This document shows, in pieces, positions 35,761 to 48,843 of a stretch of 64,000 bases of DNA. Position 1 is the first letter of the stretch. Each line of letters begins with the position of its first letter. The DNA lies in contig CM022669.1 of NCBI GenBank assembly GCA_012295275.1, forward strand, positions 8,122,001 through 8,186,000, written 5' to 3'. The notes under the pieces were generated by a model. That model was not told the DNA's origin. It worked only from the letters and a program-made list of their open reading frames with translations, and searched no databases. Position numbers and translations under genes: made by a program. The DNA comes from Chrysomallon squamiferum (lineage: Eukaryota; Animalia; Mollusca).

Positions 35761-35815
35761 TTTACTTTAACCCTTTGACTCCTGCATGTTGCATTTGTGA
35801 AAGGGTTAAAGTAAA
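35761..35815. repeat. Perfect 16-bp inverted repeat with 23-nt spacer; piggyBac-like TTAA-CCC...GGG-TTAA core
   Basis: TTTACTTTAACCCTTT (35761-35776) and AAAGGGTTAAAGTAAA (35800-35815). Confidence 0.85.
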
Positions 35816-36343
35816 TATACAGTGACAAAATATAATTTTATATTTGCTCACTTGGATCAGTTGGAACATGATAAACAGTTGGATGTTTTGGGAATTGCAG
35901 TTTCACAGCCAGACTCATCATTTTTTTTTTAAAAGATGGAAACAAAGATCAGCAAACTATTTTATCTTAAATAAAAATAAAAAATGCCTACACTTAGCTC
36001 ATAAAGACTGGACGAAGACTGGCACACAGTTTTATCTTAAAGATGGGAATAAATATGGATTCATTATTTTATTTCAAAGATAATATAAATGGGCTCACAT
36101 TTGAATTTTAACAATTGGAGCAAACATGAGGACTCCATTTTACACTGGTTTTCCATTTTATTTCTCCATTCTTCACTCTGCATATTCCAAGTATTTTTCA
36201 ATCTTTTATTTTCAGTCCAGTTTCATTAATCTTCGAAATGATTACTAAAATTATTCAGCAAAAACTGAAAAGTAAGAAGAAAAAAAAAGGTTTACATTTT
36301 TAAACAGCCTCAAATTCTACTTAAGTTTATGACAGTGACTATG

Positions 36344-36459
36344 CTTACAAACTTAGTGTACCTTTGATTGAAACAGGTCACAAGTAATACGATTGTTATT
36401 ACACTTACTAACTTAGTGTACCTTTGATTGAAACATGTCACAAGTAATATGGCTGTTAT
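36344..36459. repeat. 60-bp tandem duplication
   Basis: ACTTAGTGTACCTTTGATTGAAACA(G/T)GTCACAAGTAATA at 36351 and 36411. Confidence 0.9.
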
Positions 36460-37500
36460 GTGGGAGGGACACCTGGTGTTGGCCTGTGGCTGAGACAGTG
36501 AGGTGTTTATTTTAGAGTGAAGAAAGAAATCTTTATTTAGTCAGACAGACTTTGCCTCAAGCTCTCAGAGTTTCAGGATCAAACAGCCTCAGAGGGATTA
36601 AAATGTAGTTTCATATTCCAGCATGTACCGGTGATAATAATAACAATAATCATTAAATAAACACAATAATAATAATGATAAGGGATCATTGTCTATGAAT
36701 GTGTGTGAGTATGTGTGAGTGTCTGGTTTTAAGCAAAGAAAATTTATAATATGTCTATTAGAGTCTATTTTCTTGTATGTGTGCATATATGTACGTTTGT
36801 AAATATGAATGTATATTAGTGTATGTTTTTGTATATGTGTTTCATATAAATGTATATATAATGTGAATGTGGGTATAGATAGATAAGTGCCAGTGTGTTG
36901 AGTAAAACACACACACACACATATGCATATCACACTACACACTGACATATTTGAAAATGCCACTCATGTATGTTTTGTATGTATGTGTGTGTGTGTCTAC
37001 ATAAGTATGTATATTTTACAAATGTATGAATGTAGGTGCTTTAATTCTCACACGGGAGATATGTGAAGCTCATAAATAACTGTATATCAGAGATATCCGT
37101 GTCTGAAACACATAAAACACTAAACAGACTCTCAGTACTGTGCTCACTGTAATTTAACCTCTCTCAATGGTTTGTCCGATTCTGCTCCACCGTTTGAGCC
37201 ATCTTTGTTCTACATTTCCTCTGACCCTAATGAGGATTTTGTCTGACCCCAAAAAGGAGTTTGGCAAGCTCTGCAGACAGTTTTTGGATTGATTCTAGAG
37301 CAAATTTCGCTGTTAACGAAGACTACCTCTGTCCTGGTGTTTTTCTGAAAAGTCTGAGATCAGCCTGACTGAACGGTTTCCAGTGTGACTACGCTGTGAT
37401 GATGATAACAGTGATTACTGTGATGTAATGAGTTCTTTGATCTGATAACAATAACTCACCTGGCTCAGGTGTTCATGTCTCTCCAAAGATTAATTCATAA

Positions 37501-37552
37501 AGGTCAAAGGTCAGATGATGTATGACTGTTGACCTCGTTTTTGCAGAGGTCA
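37501..37552. promoter_or_regulatory. Nuclear-receptor response element cluster (perfect DR1 plus everted pair)
   Basis: AGGTCA-A-AGGTCA at 37501-37513, TGACCT at 37530-37535, AGGTCA at 37547-37552. Confidence 0.5.
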
Positions 37553-37604
37553 CCAGGAGCTGATGTTTCATGACTGCTACGTCCTGTGTTTGTAATTTCT
37601 CTTT

Positions 37605-37790
37605 GTCATCATCATCATCATCATTATTATCATCATTTTCATCATTACCTTCATCACCATCATAATCTTCATTATAATAATCATCATCATCATCTTTATT
37701 ACCATCATCATAATTATCATCATCATTATTATTGTTAGTTTTTAACATTAAGATTATTATTATAGTTATTATTATTATTATTATTATTTT
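37605..37790. repeat. (ATC)n/(ATT)n trinucleotide low-complexity tract
   Basis: Directly visible; source of the D/N/I-rich ORF 37473..37805. Confidence 0.9.
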
Positions 37791-38568
37791 TCCTTTTTCT
37801 AACATTAATATATTTAAACTTTTTTCTTTTTAAATAAATTTAATCATGAATTTAATCATGAATGATTTTTTAAAAATGTATTAAATTATTTCACCACATT
37901 TGACAAATGCATAAAAGATTCAAATACATTTTTTTTTTTTATTATTTACTTCTGATAAGAAAAAACAAATCTGATAGACAAAAAATCGATTTTGTCATTT
38001 CTTTCATTAATTCCTTTTAGCAAAGCTCAGTGTTGGCATTTTTTGAAGTTTCAGAAAACTAAATAAAATAAATAAAATACACATTGAACAAATAAAGATA
38101 TTATTAAACAGGTGTTAGAAATATTCAGAGTACACATACCCATTTCATATTAATAATTTTCCATTTAAAAAAAAATAAAATTCATTAGATTGTGAGAAAT
38201 ATCATTTTATAATGTATTCTTTTCACTTAGCAGTATATATTTTTTTATTGCACCTTCCCATAAACTCATACGATGACCTTAAATAAACCAGTAAAAGAGA
38301 GAATGACTTCCTAACACATTCTTGAACTTTCCGAGGGTGTAAGATAGACCAAGTCCATTGACTCTTAATGCTGATTTCTCAATGATGTTCAGCCATCCTG
38401 AACTGACCTGTGTTTCAGATAAAGCAAACAACACAAGAAGATTTCAATCTTTATATCTGTAATGTCATCTAATTGATAAACGTGCCTGGAAGAAATGTTC
38501 AAATACCACAAACATATCTTAAACACTCTTACTATAACAGTATCATCTTGTGGTCTACCTTTGGCCTT

Positions 38569-38609
<41 letters not shown>

Positions 38610-41600
38610 GTCATCTCTTTACTGCAGACAGTACAAGGAAGATGAAAGGACAACTGTGCCTTCCAGGCATTAACAAGAAAGAAAATATATATATATACTT
38701 TGATTTACTTGTTGTAGTGAAAAGGTGAAAAAAAAAATTAACATGTGTTGATAGTTTTGTTGATAAAATATTCATATCTCCACAGATTTGTTGTATTTTT
38801 AGAAATTTTTTTTTTCTTAATTACTATTTATAAAATATCTTTTTCTTTTTCTTTCATTTTTTTTTCTTAAACTTTCCATATTAAAACTGATGTTGGAATT
38901 CATAAGGTCTCATCTATTTTTTTTTTTTTTTTTTCTCTCTCTTTTCAAGTGACATAAACAGATTATTTAACAGTGTTAAAAACAAAAAACCTTGTTATAA
39001 ATATTGTTACTCCTAGCTGTGTCTTACAAACAAAGTGAGAAAAACAAATTAATATTTCCCCACAAAAGAGCCACTTTGTACATGTATTTATTTCTGTGTT
39101 TCTAATTCCGGCTGTCTGTTTCTACCTAAGTGTCTCTTCAGACTCTGCAGTTTCCCACTGATTATGTCTCGTTTTAAATTATTTTTCACAGATCCACTCT
39201 CGGGTTTAAGTTTTCTTCTCATCTTTGGAAGAAGCTGGTCTACATGACACACAAAGAATATTAAAAAAAAAAAAAAAAATTTTTTTCTTTATTAAGATAT
39301 GGAGTTATGCACCTGGTGAAGAATTCTTTAGAACTGTTCTTCAGAATCATTATTTTATTTTATTTTACTGTAATTAAAAAAAAAAAATGTCAGAATATAT
39401 TTTACAACAGTCATCTCTTTCAAATCAGTGAAATTTTATTTTAATTTTTTTATCTATAAACTTTTCACAATTACTTCACTGAATAAAAAAATCTGAAATG
39501 AGTGTGACCACTAACAGTATTGTTACCACTACTTCATATTTTTCTCTTTTATTTTGCAGCAAGCTTATTGGAATTTTTTTTTATGTTAAATCACCATTGA
39601 CCCTTTTATTCACTCATCTATCTATTTATTCATTCATTTATTCATTCACTCCTTCCTTCATTCATTCATTCATTCAGTTGTTCATCCAAATTACTGGAAT
39701 TCTAGACACAACTAATACATTTTTTCAGGTAGATTACTAACTAATCTATTGGGATTTTTTTGACATTCATGCTTGGCTGAAATCATTTGACTCGTCTGTT
39801 TTCACAGAAAATATCACCGTAATGTATTTTGTCAAGTTATTTCTCACTTGGCTGCTCTCTCTCTGTACCTCTCCACACTCTGAGAGAGAGTTTATCCTCC
39901 GGACAGCCAGCCGAAATGCTTGAATTGTCATGGAAAAATCTCTCCTGTTTATCTAATTCAGACAAGGGACTGTTTAGTAAACTTGATATCCCATTCACGG
40001 ACGAGGGTATCAAAATGAGTGGTAGCTCAGCTCAGCTCACCATCGCATGTCTCCGCGAATTTCACGCACATTTTTTTGTTAATACCACAACAATCTGCTT
40101 GAAGCAGACATTCGGTTAAAAAGTTACACTGGAGAATGAAAGAGAGGTGTTGTGTATGTGTGTGTGTGTCACAGCAGCAGCTAATGATGTTGCAACACTT
40201 TTTTATTTTTTTATTTTTTTATTTTTTTTTTACGACTGAAAAACTCGTGGTTTACTTTTAATTAACGACAGAAAAGGCTTATTTAGTTGAAATCTTTTAT
40301 CGAATTATGAGGCAGTATTTCATCATTAAGTGTGCATAATAAGATGTGGCTTGTCTTCGTCGTGTGATTTATCCACACCCCGCCCCACTGTTGCTGGTCT
40401 CCGGTTTCACACACACACACACACAACGTTGTTAACGTGGCCGAGGTTGATGTGATATCTTTTAATTATAACAAAAAAAAATTATTGAAATTTCAACAAT
40501 GTCGTTCACATCATCATCATCACCACCAAAACACTGCAGCTACACGTAACTGTGGTGCAGACCAGGTCAGTGGTCTGTATTAAAGAGGTTTATTACTGGT
40601 CTATGGTTCAAGTATGCCTTTCGTGAACTTTACTACTACTACTACTAGTACTACTGTTACTCCACTGTTACTACTACTGCTATTTACAGTATATAGTTCA
40701 TACATAGCACTTACCTTCCTAAATATACCAGTAACCACACCCAGCCACTCTTTACCTCCACATCACATACACAAACACATATCACACACATTACATACAC
40801 AAACGCACACCACACAATCACATACACACATACATACTGCACAGTGTAAAATCGCTTGTATATTATTTGTTAATATTTGAAATGAAAAAAAACAAAAAAA
40901 ATTAAATGGAAATATTATCTTGTTGAGATACACACTTAATATAAATACATTTGATATTCAATCATTAAATCATTTTATTACTTTGCAAATCATTAATTTT
41001 CCAAATCCAAAATTTTAATTAAATATTTTTAAAAAAAAAAGAAGATAAATATAAAAATAGAACTTCTGATATGAATAATTTTTTTTTAATGAAATCACCA
41101 AATTTTTATTATTTCTGAAATCTAAAATGATAAGAATTTTTTTCTTCTTTTTTTAACAGATCAAGATATCAATTTTAATAATAAAATATTTGCCAAAAAA
41201 TAAAAAATTAATACATATTGAGATATTTATTAAAAAAAAATTAATAAAATAAACAGTAAAAAAATAATCTCTCATTTCCACACCTATGAAACAAGGCTGA
41301 AACTATTAAGTAACACACACTGATCGTCATCATTCCAGTTCTAGCTGTACAGAGATTTATTTAAAAACCTCTGACAGTGTTCTACCTGTGTTACACATTC
41401 TCTGGTAAAGCCTGTGATCTCTGCCTGCCTCTGATTGGTCAACCACTGACAGATCCAGCCCAGAGACGTGTGTGTGTGTGAAATATGGTTTGTGTTTCTC
41501 AATGGTGATTTTACTCTCTCTCACACAAGTTTCTGTCACACTGGCGTATCTGTGTGTATCAGCGTGTGTCGCTCGCTATGTGTTGAAGAAATCTGATTTT

Positions 41601-41779
41601 TCAAGTTTCATTTGTTGGTGGATTTCTTAGCTGTAGCTGTTTAGAAAGTAAGTTTTTTTTTTAATGTTTTCAGCTTGTTTCTGATTTCTTTTTGTTGAGT
41701 TTCCAGTGTGAAGCTGTTCTTAATTTGTGTTAAATTTTGAAATATTTTGTAAATGGCTTTAATCTTTATCAGTCCTTTT

Positions 41780-41891
<112 letters not shown>

Positions 41892-42466
41892 CACACTCAC
41901 ATAGTTAGAGTAAAAAGTATTTAACAGGTCTGCCTCAAAGAATTTTATTTTATTTCAACATTTGATGTCTTCTTTAATTCATCAGTTTCCTTTGTATTAA
42001 CTTTTATTTTACTCATCTTTTCCACGAACTGACTCACAGAAACACAATTACGAAAGATGAAAGTTTTCTCCAGCAGCACTTAAAAAATAAAATTCTTTCA
42101 AGCATGATATTTTATTTTATCAGTTTTTAATGTCAGTGGCTGTTTCTGAAAACTGCCAACGTTTTATAAAATTGATTTCTTTCCTCTGTGGCTTTTAAAT
42201 TTAGTTACCATTTGTTAAAATGTATGGTGTTTTTTTTATTTTTGTTTTCTGAATACATTTTAAAAAATAAAAAAATTATTAGATTTCTTCACCTTTTCTG
42301 TGCTTTTAAAAAAAATTTCTTTCTTCTTTCCTTATTTTATTTATTTTTTCTTTACATCTTTAAAATTTTTATTAATTTATTAATTTCTGAACTGTCTGTC
42401 ATCTCCAAAAATCCAAAACATAATGAAACAAAATTGAAAAGAGTTTTAGCAAAACGTTAATAATTC

Positions 42467-42506
<40 letters not shown>

Positions 42507-42934
42507 ATTTTAATTTTTTTTTTTTACTTAATATGCACTCAGTAACATACGTGTTTGTAAGAGAAGGTAGCCAGTTTTTTTAAATATTTAAATTTCATTT
42601 TTATTTTTATTTTTTAAACTAATTTTTTTTTTTGCAAACTCAGTGTTATTCACAAACACAAACACTGAAGGGAGAGTAATTCCAGAGTAAACAGGTTTTT
42701 TGTGGATCTTTATGGGGATCAATACCTCTTCACCTCTGCTTGTCAATGGCTCTTTGCTATTTCATATCCGTACACAACAAAAGAATATATTTATTCAAAT
42801 TTCAGGTGCACAATGAAAGTGTGTATAAAATTCTTTCTTTGTAATCTTTAGCCATGACAGGTTTGATGTTTAGAAAGTTTGTTACAGCCATGATGGGTCT
42901 CAGGTTCAATCCTGCCATCAGGATGATTATGAGA

Positions 42935-43220
42935 GAAATGAAAATATGAAATGTTTTACTTTAATGCACACTCAACATTTTAAACTAATGTTATATTAAC
43001 TTATACACAGGGTAAAACAGTTTACATATATGAAAGAAATGAAAAGTTTTATTTTAATGCATGTTCAACATTTTGTTGAGTGTGCATTAAATTAAGACAT
43101 TTTAGCTCATACTCAGGGTAAAGGATTTTACACTTAAAAGAGAGGAAACCTGTTGCATAATGATGGACTATGTTTTCATTTAGCAGCAAGAGTGGTATTA
43201 TATGCACCTACCCATAAAAC
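42935..43220 (-). mobile_element. Rearranged SINE 3' half with internal duplication and inversion
   Basis: GAAATGTTTTACTTTAATGCACACTCAACATTTT tail present twice plus once inverted; AGAGGAAACC..TTAGCAGCAAGAGTGGTATTATATGCACCTACCCA core. Confidence 0.6.
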
Positions 43221-43391
43221 TAGGGTGTGTTTATTTGTGTAGTGTGTAGAAACATATTACTCTTTTTATAGATGCTTTTCATTAGATCAGGTTATATAAA
43301 ATATGTGATGTGATGTGTGTGTGTGTGTGTGTGTGTGTGAGTGTAGGTTTGTTCGTGTGTCTGTGTTTGAATATATTTCCTTACACATACA

Positions 43392-43450
<59 letters not shown>

Positions 43451-43804
43451 TGATACTTGAACAAAAAAAACACCGTCTAAAACTTTACTTATTTATTAAT
43501 ATTTATGACACCCTGTCACACAATTTCTCTTCTTGAATCTGACAACAGACATTATCCAGTTACCTGAAGGTCTCCCTTAGCAATGTGACTTATCAGGAGG
43601 GTGTTGTGTCTTTAAAACGATATTCTGACTGAATGGATAGATAATATCTACATCTGTACAAGTTACCTGTGTGCTAAGTCTGATATCTGCTATGTAGGTG
43701 TTAGATAACTCACTGTGTTAGTCCCCTGTCTCATCACATATATTTTATTACTCTTTCACCTGACCTTCTCTCTCTCTGTTTCTTTCTTTTTTTAATATTC
43801 TGTC

Positions 43805-43807
<3 letters not shown>

Positions 43808-43882
<75 letters not shown>

Positions 43883-43915
43883 ACTCACTCACTCTCTCTC
43901 TGTCTTTCTCTCTCT
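43808..43915. repeat. (CT)n microsatellite
   Basis: Directly visible. Confidence 0.9.
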
Positions 43916-44656
43916 GATATTCTCTCTGATCCTATTCCTATCTGTTTCTCTGTGTATTAAATAAGAAGAAAGACTGTTTAATTAGTTATCATGTTTTCTG
44001 CTTCAGTATTTCTCATACTTCTCTTTGTATTTATCAGTGATATATTTTTTTTTTTTTGTGTTTTTTTTCGATGCAAGAAACAAAGAAGTGTGTGCAAATT
44101 CTTCAGTTATGAAGCAGTATATAGAAATAATACAAATATTTTACCCTTGTTGATGAGTCATTGATATTTAAAAAAACATGTGATGTCATGCCCATCAGAA
44201 AACATATATATATATATATATATATACAATTCATTATTGGTAAGTGAAAAATGCAACAAGTTTTTCCATGAAAATTAAATGTTAGAATGACCAAATATTT
44301 ACATAGCTGATGATAGATATCTAATCATTTGTTCTGGTAGTGTCATTATACAAATGTTTCACTTGAAATAGCATGAACAAAACTGGTAGGTTTTGTACAG
44401 TTCCATTACGTAACAATTTTTTGTTTTTGTTTTCTTGTTATTTGTTGTAAACTGTTTTAACATCATGTCAGAAAGACATGTTAGTTTAAATTAACTGGGA
44501 GGTTCATCGTAACCCAAAACCCTTCTCTCTTTTATTACCTCACATCTGAAATTGTCTTATTTTATATATGTATCTTTGTGTGAGTGGGTACGTGTGTGTG
44601 TGTGTGTGTTTTCATTTGTGTGTATGTATGTGTATGCTTGTATGTATGTGTATTTG

Positions 44657-44687
<31 letters not shown>

Positions 44688-45080
44688 ATCTTTGTCTATG
44701 TGTGTTTATATATGTACATTTTTCTACATATTAAATTATATATATATAACAGAGACAAATATATACACCGGTGAAAACTCTCCATATTATTAAACACTAA
44801 ACAAGTCATACAAAAATCTCTCACACACAGAGAAACTAATAAATAAGATACACAAAAGTTTGCAGTACACACAAGTGCAATGAAAAATATTCATTATGTG
44901 TATAATCTGAGTGTTTGGTACACATATGTAGGTAACATGAGACACAGCACACAAACAATTAATACACTGATTTATTCACCTCTGTCCTAAAACCTCCAAT
45001 ACTTCATATATCACTAATATAAATGTCTCCAGCGATATTTTAATTTCATCTCTGTAACTGTGTTTGTGATCTCTGCTGTG

Positions 45081-45111
<31 letters not shown>

Positions 45112-45395
45112 TATCTGAATGATTATGCAAATAGAGATTCATACTTATTATCTGTCTGAGATTTCTGTTTATCAGTGAGAGTACTGAGGTGTTGAATATC
45201 TGAATTATCTGACGTAGATAAATACTGGCTGTGTGGTGAAAGAGTTTGTTTTTTTTGCTCTGGATGATAATACAGTTCTGAGCTGTGGTGTCAGATATTA
45301 GCTGTTATAATGTGACAGCAAGTTCACCTTCCATTGATATCACATGACTTAAATACACATTAACACCTGCTCACACTGACAGACAGACAGACAGA

Positions 45396-45431
<36 letters not shown>

Positions 45432-47489
45432 GCTCGCAAAAAAAGAAATTTTAATAAATTTCAAACATTTTTTTTTTTAAAAAACAGTGTCTTTGTGTTT
45501 GTGTGTAAGTGTGTTACATATGTGTTTACATAAGTGTGTGTGTGTGTGTGTTTTCATTATGCATATGTGGTGTATATATTTGGGTTTTTGTTTTATGTAT
45601 ATATATGTGTTTATGTCTCAATTAAAATCCTACATATTTATATATATACGTGTTTATATATTTTTACAAACAGACAGACACATACTATATAAACTTATGT
45701 ATATGCATATATACATTTTTCATTCTATAATAGACAATAAGTATAGCTAGTATAAAACAGACTTAATAATTCATATCATTATTCATACAGTAAACACTGT
45801 TATTAAACTGCATTAAGGAAAGCCATAATGTTTGCATATGAAATCTATATTTTAGAAAAGGATATTTTCTGTGTAGTGTTGGGACATTATGGATATAACA
45901 AAGATGAGAGTTGAATGGGTTACTGTGTTTATTTCATTGCATAACATTTGGATTAAATAAATATATATTCTGTGTACAGGAAATACATAATATAATTAAT
46001 ACCTGCAGAGACACATTGACATATGCACACATATAAAACTCATGTAAACACAATATACAATAACAATAACATACATTCAAAAAAACAAACATTAAAAAAA
46101 AAAACATGCATATATACATACAAACACACATACACATTTTTTATCTGCATAATTAAATATCTGTTTGATTAAATAAAGAGTAGTTACAACAATTATCTTT
46201 GTTAGAATTTAAAACATGACTGTATTATAAGTTTTGTATCATACTGTACAGAGATGCTGGATTTGTTAAATCATAAAACTTTCATATTCATAATGTACTG
46301 TGTGCTAGAACTGGGCAAATAATCTTGTCTCAGTTAATTCTGTCATCATTTCTTTTTATTTATTTGTTTGTCTGTTTATATTTTTACCTATTTTTATCAT
46401 TATTACTCTCTTTTAAATGTTTTTTTTTTTTTTACTTTGAGCTTCTTTTTTTTTCTTTTTCTTTTTCAGTTTCTTTTTTTTTTTTTTTTTTTTTTCAATC
46501 TTCTTTTTCGTTCTTTTTTTTTCTTTCCTTTTTTTTTTTTCTTATTTTTCCACTCATCTTATCACATTTTAAAAAAAAAATCAGTGTCATGTTGGTGCAG
46601 TTTGCAATGTTACACCTAATCTAGAATTTCTAACAAATTCAAATAAACTGTTTTTCACTGAATTTTATTTGAGTTTTATGATTTTCTGCCATGTTTTACT
46701 GCTCTGATGTGTTTATTGTGTACTGGCTCCCCGGTTATTCAATATGTCAGAAAACAGTTTGTAAACAATAACAGACGTCTGTAAATCATTTGTATTCACG
46801 TTCTAATATGTACTTACCATAATGTGTTTAAAATGTAATCTCCTCTCTTGTCATTAGTATTAGTATTTTTATTCTTGTCTATTTTTTTGGTCACTTTGTT
46901 GTTGTTTTTTTTTACTTTTCTTTTTAGTGAAACTTTTTTTTTTTTTTGTAATTCATGTAAAGTTAAAAACTGATTATGTAAATTTGACAAAACGTGAAAA
47001 ATCTGCTGAATGCAAATAATGATAATAATAATAATAATAACAACAATAACAATAACAATAACAACAACAACAATAATAATAACAATAATTATAATAATAA
47101 TAAAAGAAATAAAAAATTGAAAAAAAAGAAAAGTACAATACATTTATCATAATTTTTGTTGTATTTTAAAATACATTTAAAATATGATTAAGGAAATGCA
47201 TTCATATTATGCAGAACTTGTAAAAATATTTTTATATAATGCAGGAAATTATTAAATGAAGATGCATCAGCTGAACAATACAGCACATTAATATTTTATA
47301 TATCATTTTCATTATTCTTTTTCATTTGCTATTAACAGATGGAATGGAAAATAATGAGCAGTATGGCATGGTAATAATACATTATGTCTTTCAAAATGTT
47401 GAACAGGAAAAACATTTTAAGTTTCTTATATCCAAAACAAGATAATTTAAATGATTTAATTATCAAAAATGACAAAATGACAAAAAATA

Positions 47490-47650
47490 GATTTAACAAG
47501 AGATGGAAACCATCACATACAGTTCAGCACACACCATGTAATTTTACAACTTGTTATGGAGCACTGGTTGGAATGAGAAATAGTTTAACTAGTGGATACA
47601 TGAATATTAGTCCTCTGACCTACAACACCTGTTGCAAGTGTTCACTGAAC
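47490..47650 (-). mobile_element. SINE fragment
   Basis: GCACTGGTTGGAATGAGAAAT at 47561-47581 is the reverse complement of 25016-25036 with 2 mismatches. Confidence 0.55.
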
Positions 47651-47975
47651 TTTTCTTTTATAATTATGTAGGACAGCACATGCCATGTCATTTGAGAAAT
47701 CTTTTAAGTGGTGGATAAAAAGACTATTAATCCTGTGAGCATTGTGAGTTTTCTAACACTGAGGTACAGCTAGCAGTTGTGTATTGTACATGATGTTAAA
47801 GATACACAAGCATAATTAATGGATCTGTCTGACAAAGTGAAAAAACTTCTTTTTTTTTTTTTTTTGCGGTCTTTATCAGTAAACAACACAAACAATGTAA
47901 AACTGATAATGCTAAAGAGGAAAACACCCACAGTTGTTAACTTCAGATAGAATTACTGGTGTCTGACTGCCAGTA

Positions 47976-48011
<36 letters not shown>

Positions 48012-48659
48012 CTGTCTTTATATATATATACAAACACACACACACATACTACATACATACATCACACACACACACAATGTATAAAAACTGAAACTAAATT
48101 TTAAATCTATATACCATATACATATACATAGTTTCTATGTTTTTTATATTTGACAGGAATACAGATAAAGCATATTTTCAGGGGTGGGTGGGGTGATGCT
48201 TTTCAGCTTCTCGTTGCAGGTCAATCTAACCTGACATTCATACTTCTAACTACTTCTAGCTGTTACTGTGTTGCAAACACGAAAATTTTATTATTATTAT
48301 TATTATTATTATATTAAAACTTTTTAACTTGGGTTTCTTGTAAGAATGTTTTCTGTGATTAAAACTCCCAAAGAAAATTCATTGAGGTGTGGTTACAGGT
48401 AAATTATTATCAGTGAGTAAATAAAAAGATTTGGTTTTTGTTAGTGGGGGAAGTTTTGACATCCACTTGAATCTTTGCTGCATATCGTATCACTGTCGTC
48501 ACTGTGACAAGTCTTAGACTGTTTAGGAGACATTTATAGCAAGTTCAAATCTAATTATTTATTAAATATGTGATTATTATTATTATTATTATTATTATCT
48601 GGAATCTGCTCTGTGACATGATTATTATATTACTGATATATTTATGATATATTAAATAT

Positions 48660-48784
48660 GTTATTATTATTATTATATTTATTATTATTATTATTGTTAT
48701 TATTATTATTATATTTATTATTATTATTATTATTGTTGTTGTTATTATTGTTATAGTTATTATTGTTATTATTATTATTATTAT

Positions 48785-48835
<51 letters not shown>

Positions 48836-48843
48836 TAGTAGTA
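48660..48843. repeat. (ATT)n followed by (AGT)n microsatellite
   Basis: Directly visible. Confidence 0.9.

Noticed and set aside
39829-40119. 96-aa plus-strand ORF in a complex island
   Set aside because: Non-ATG start, no recognisable homology or flanking splice pair; treated as part of a non-coding island.
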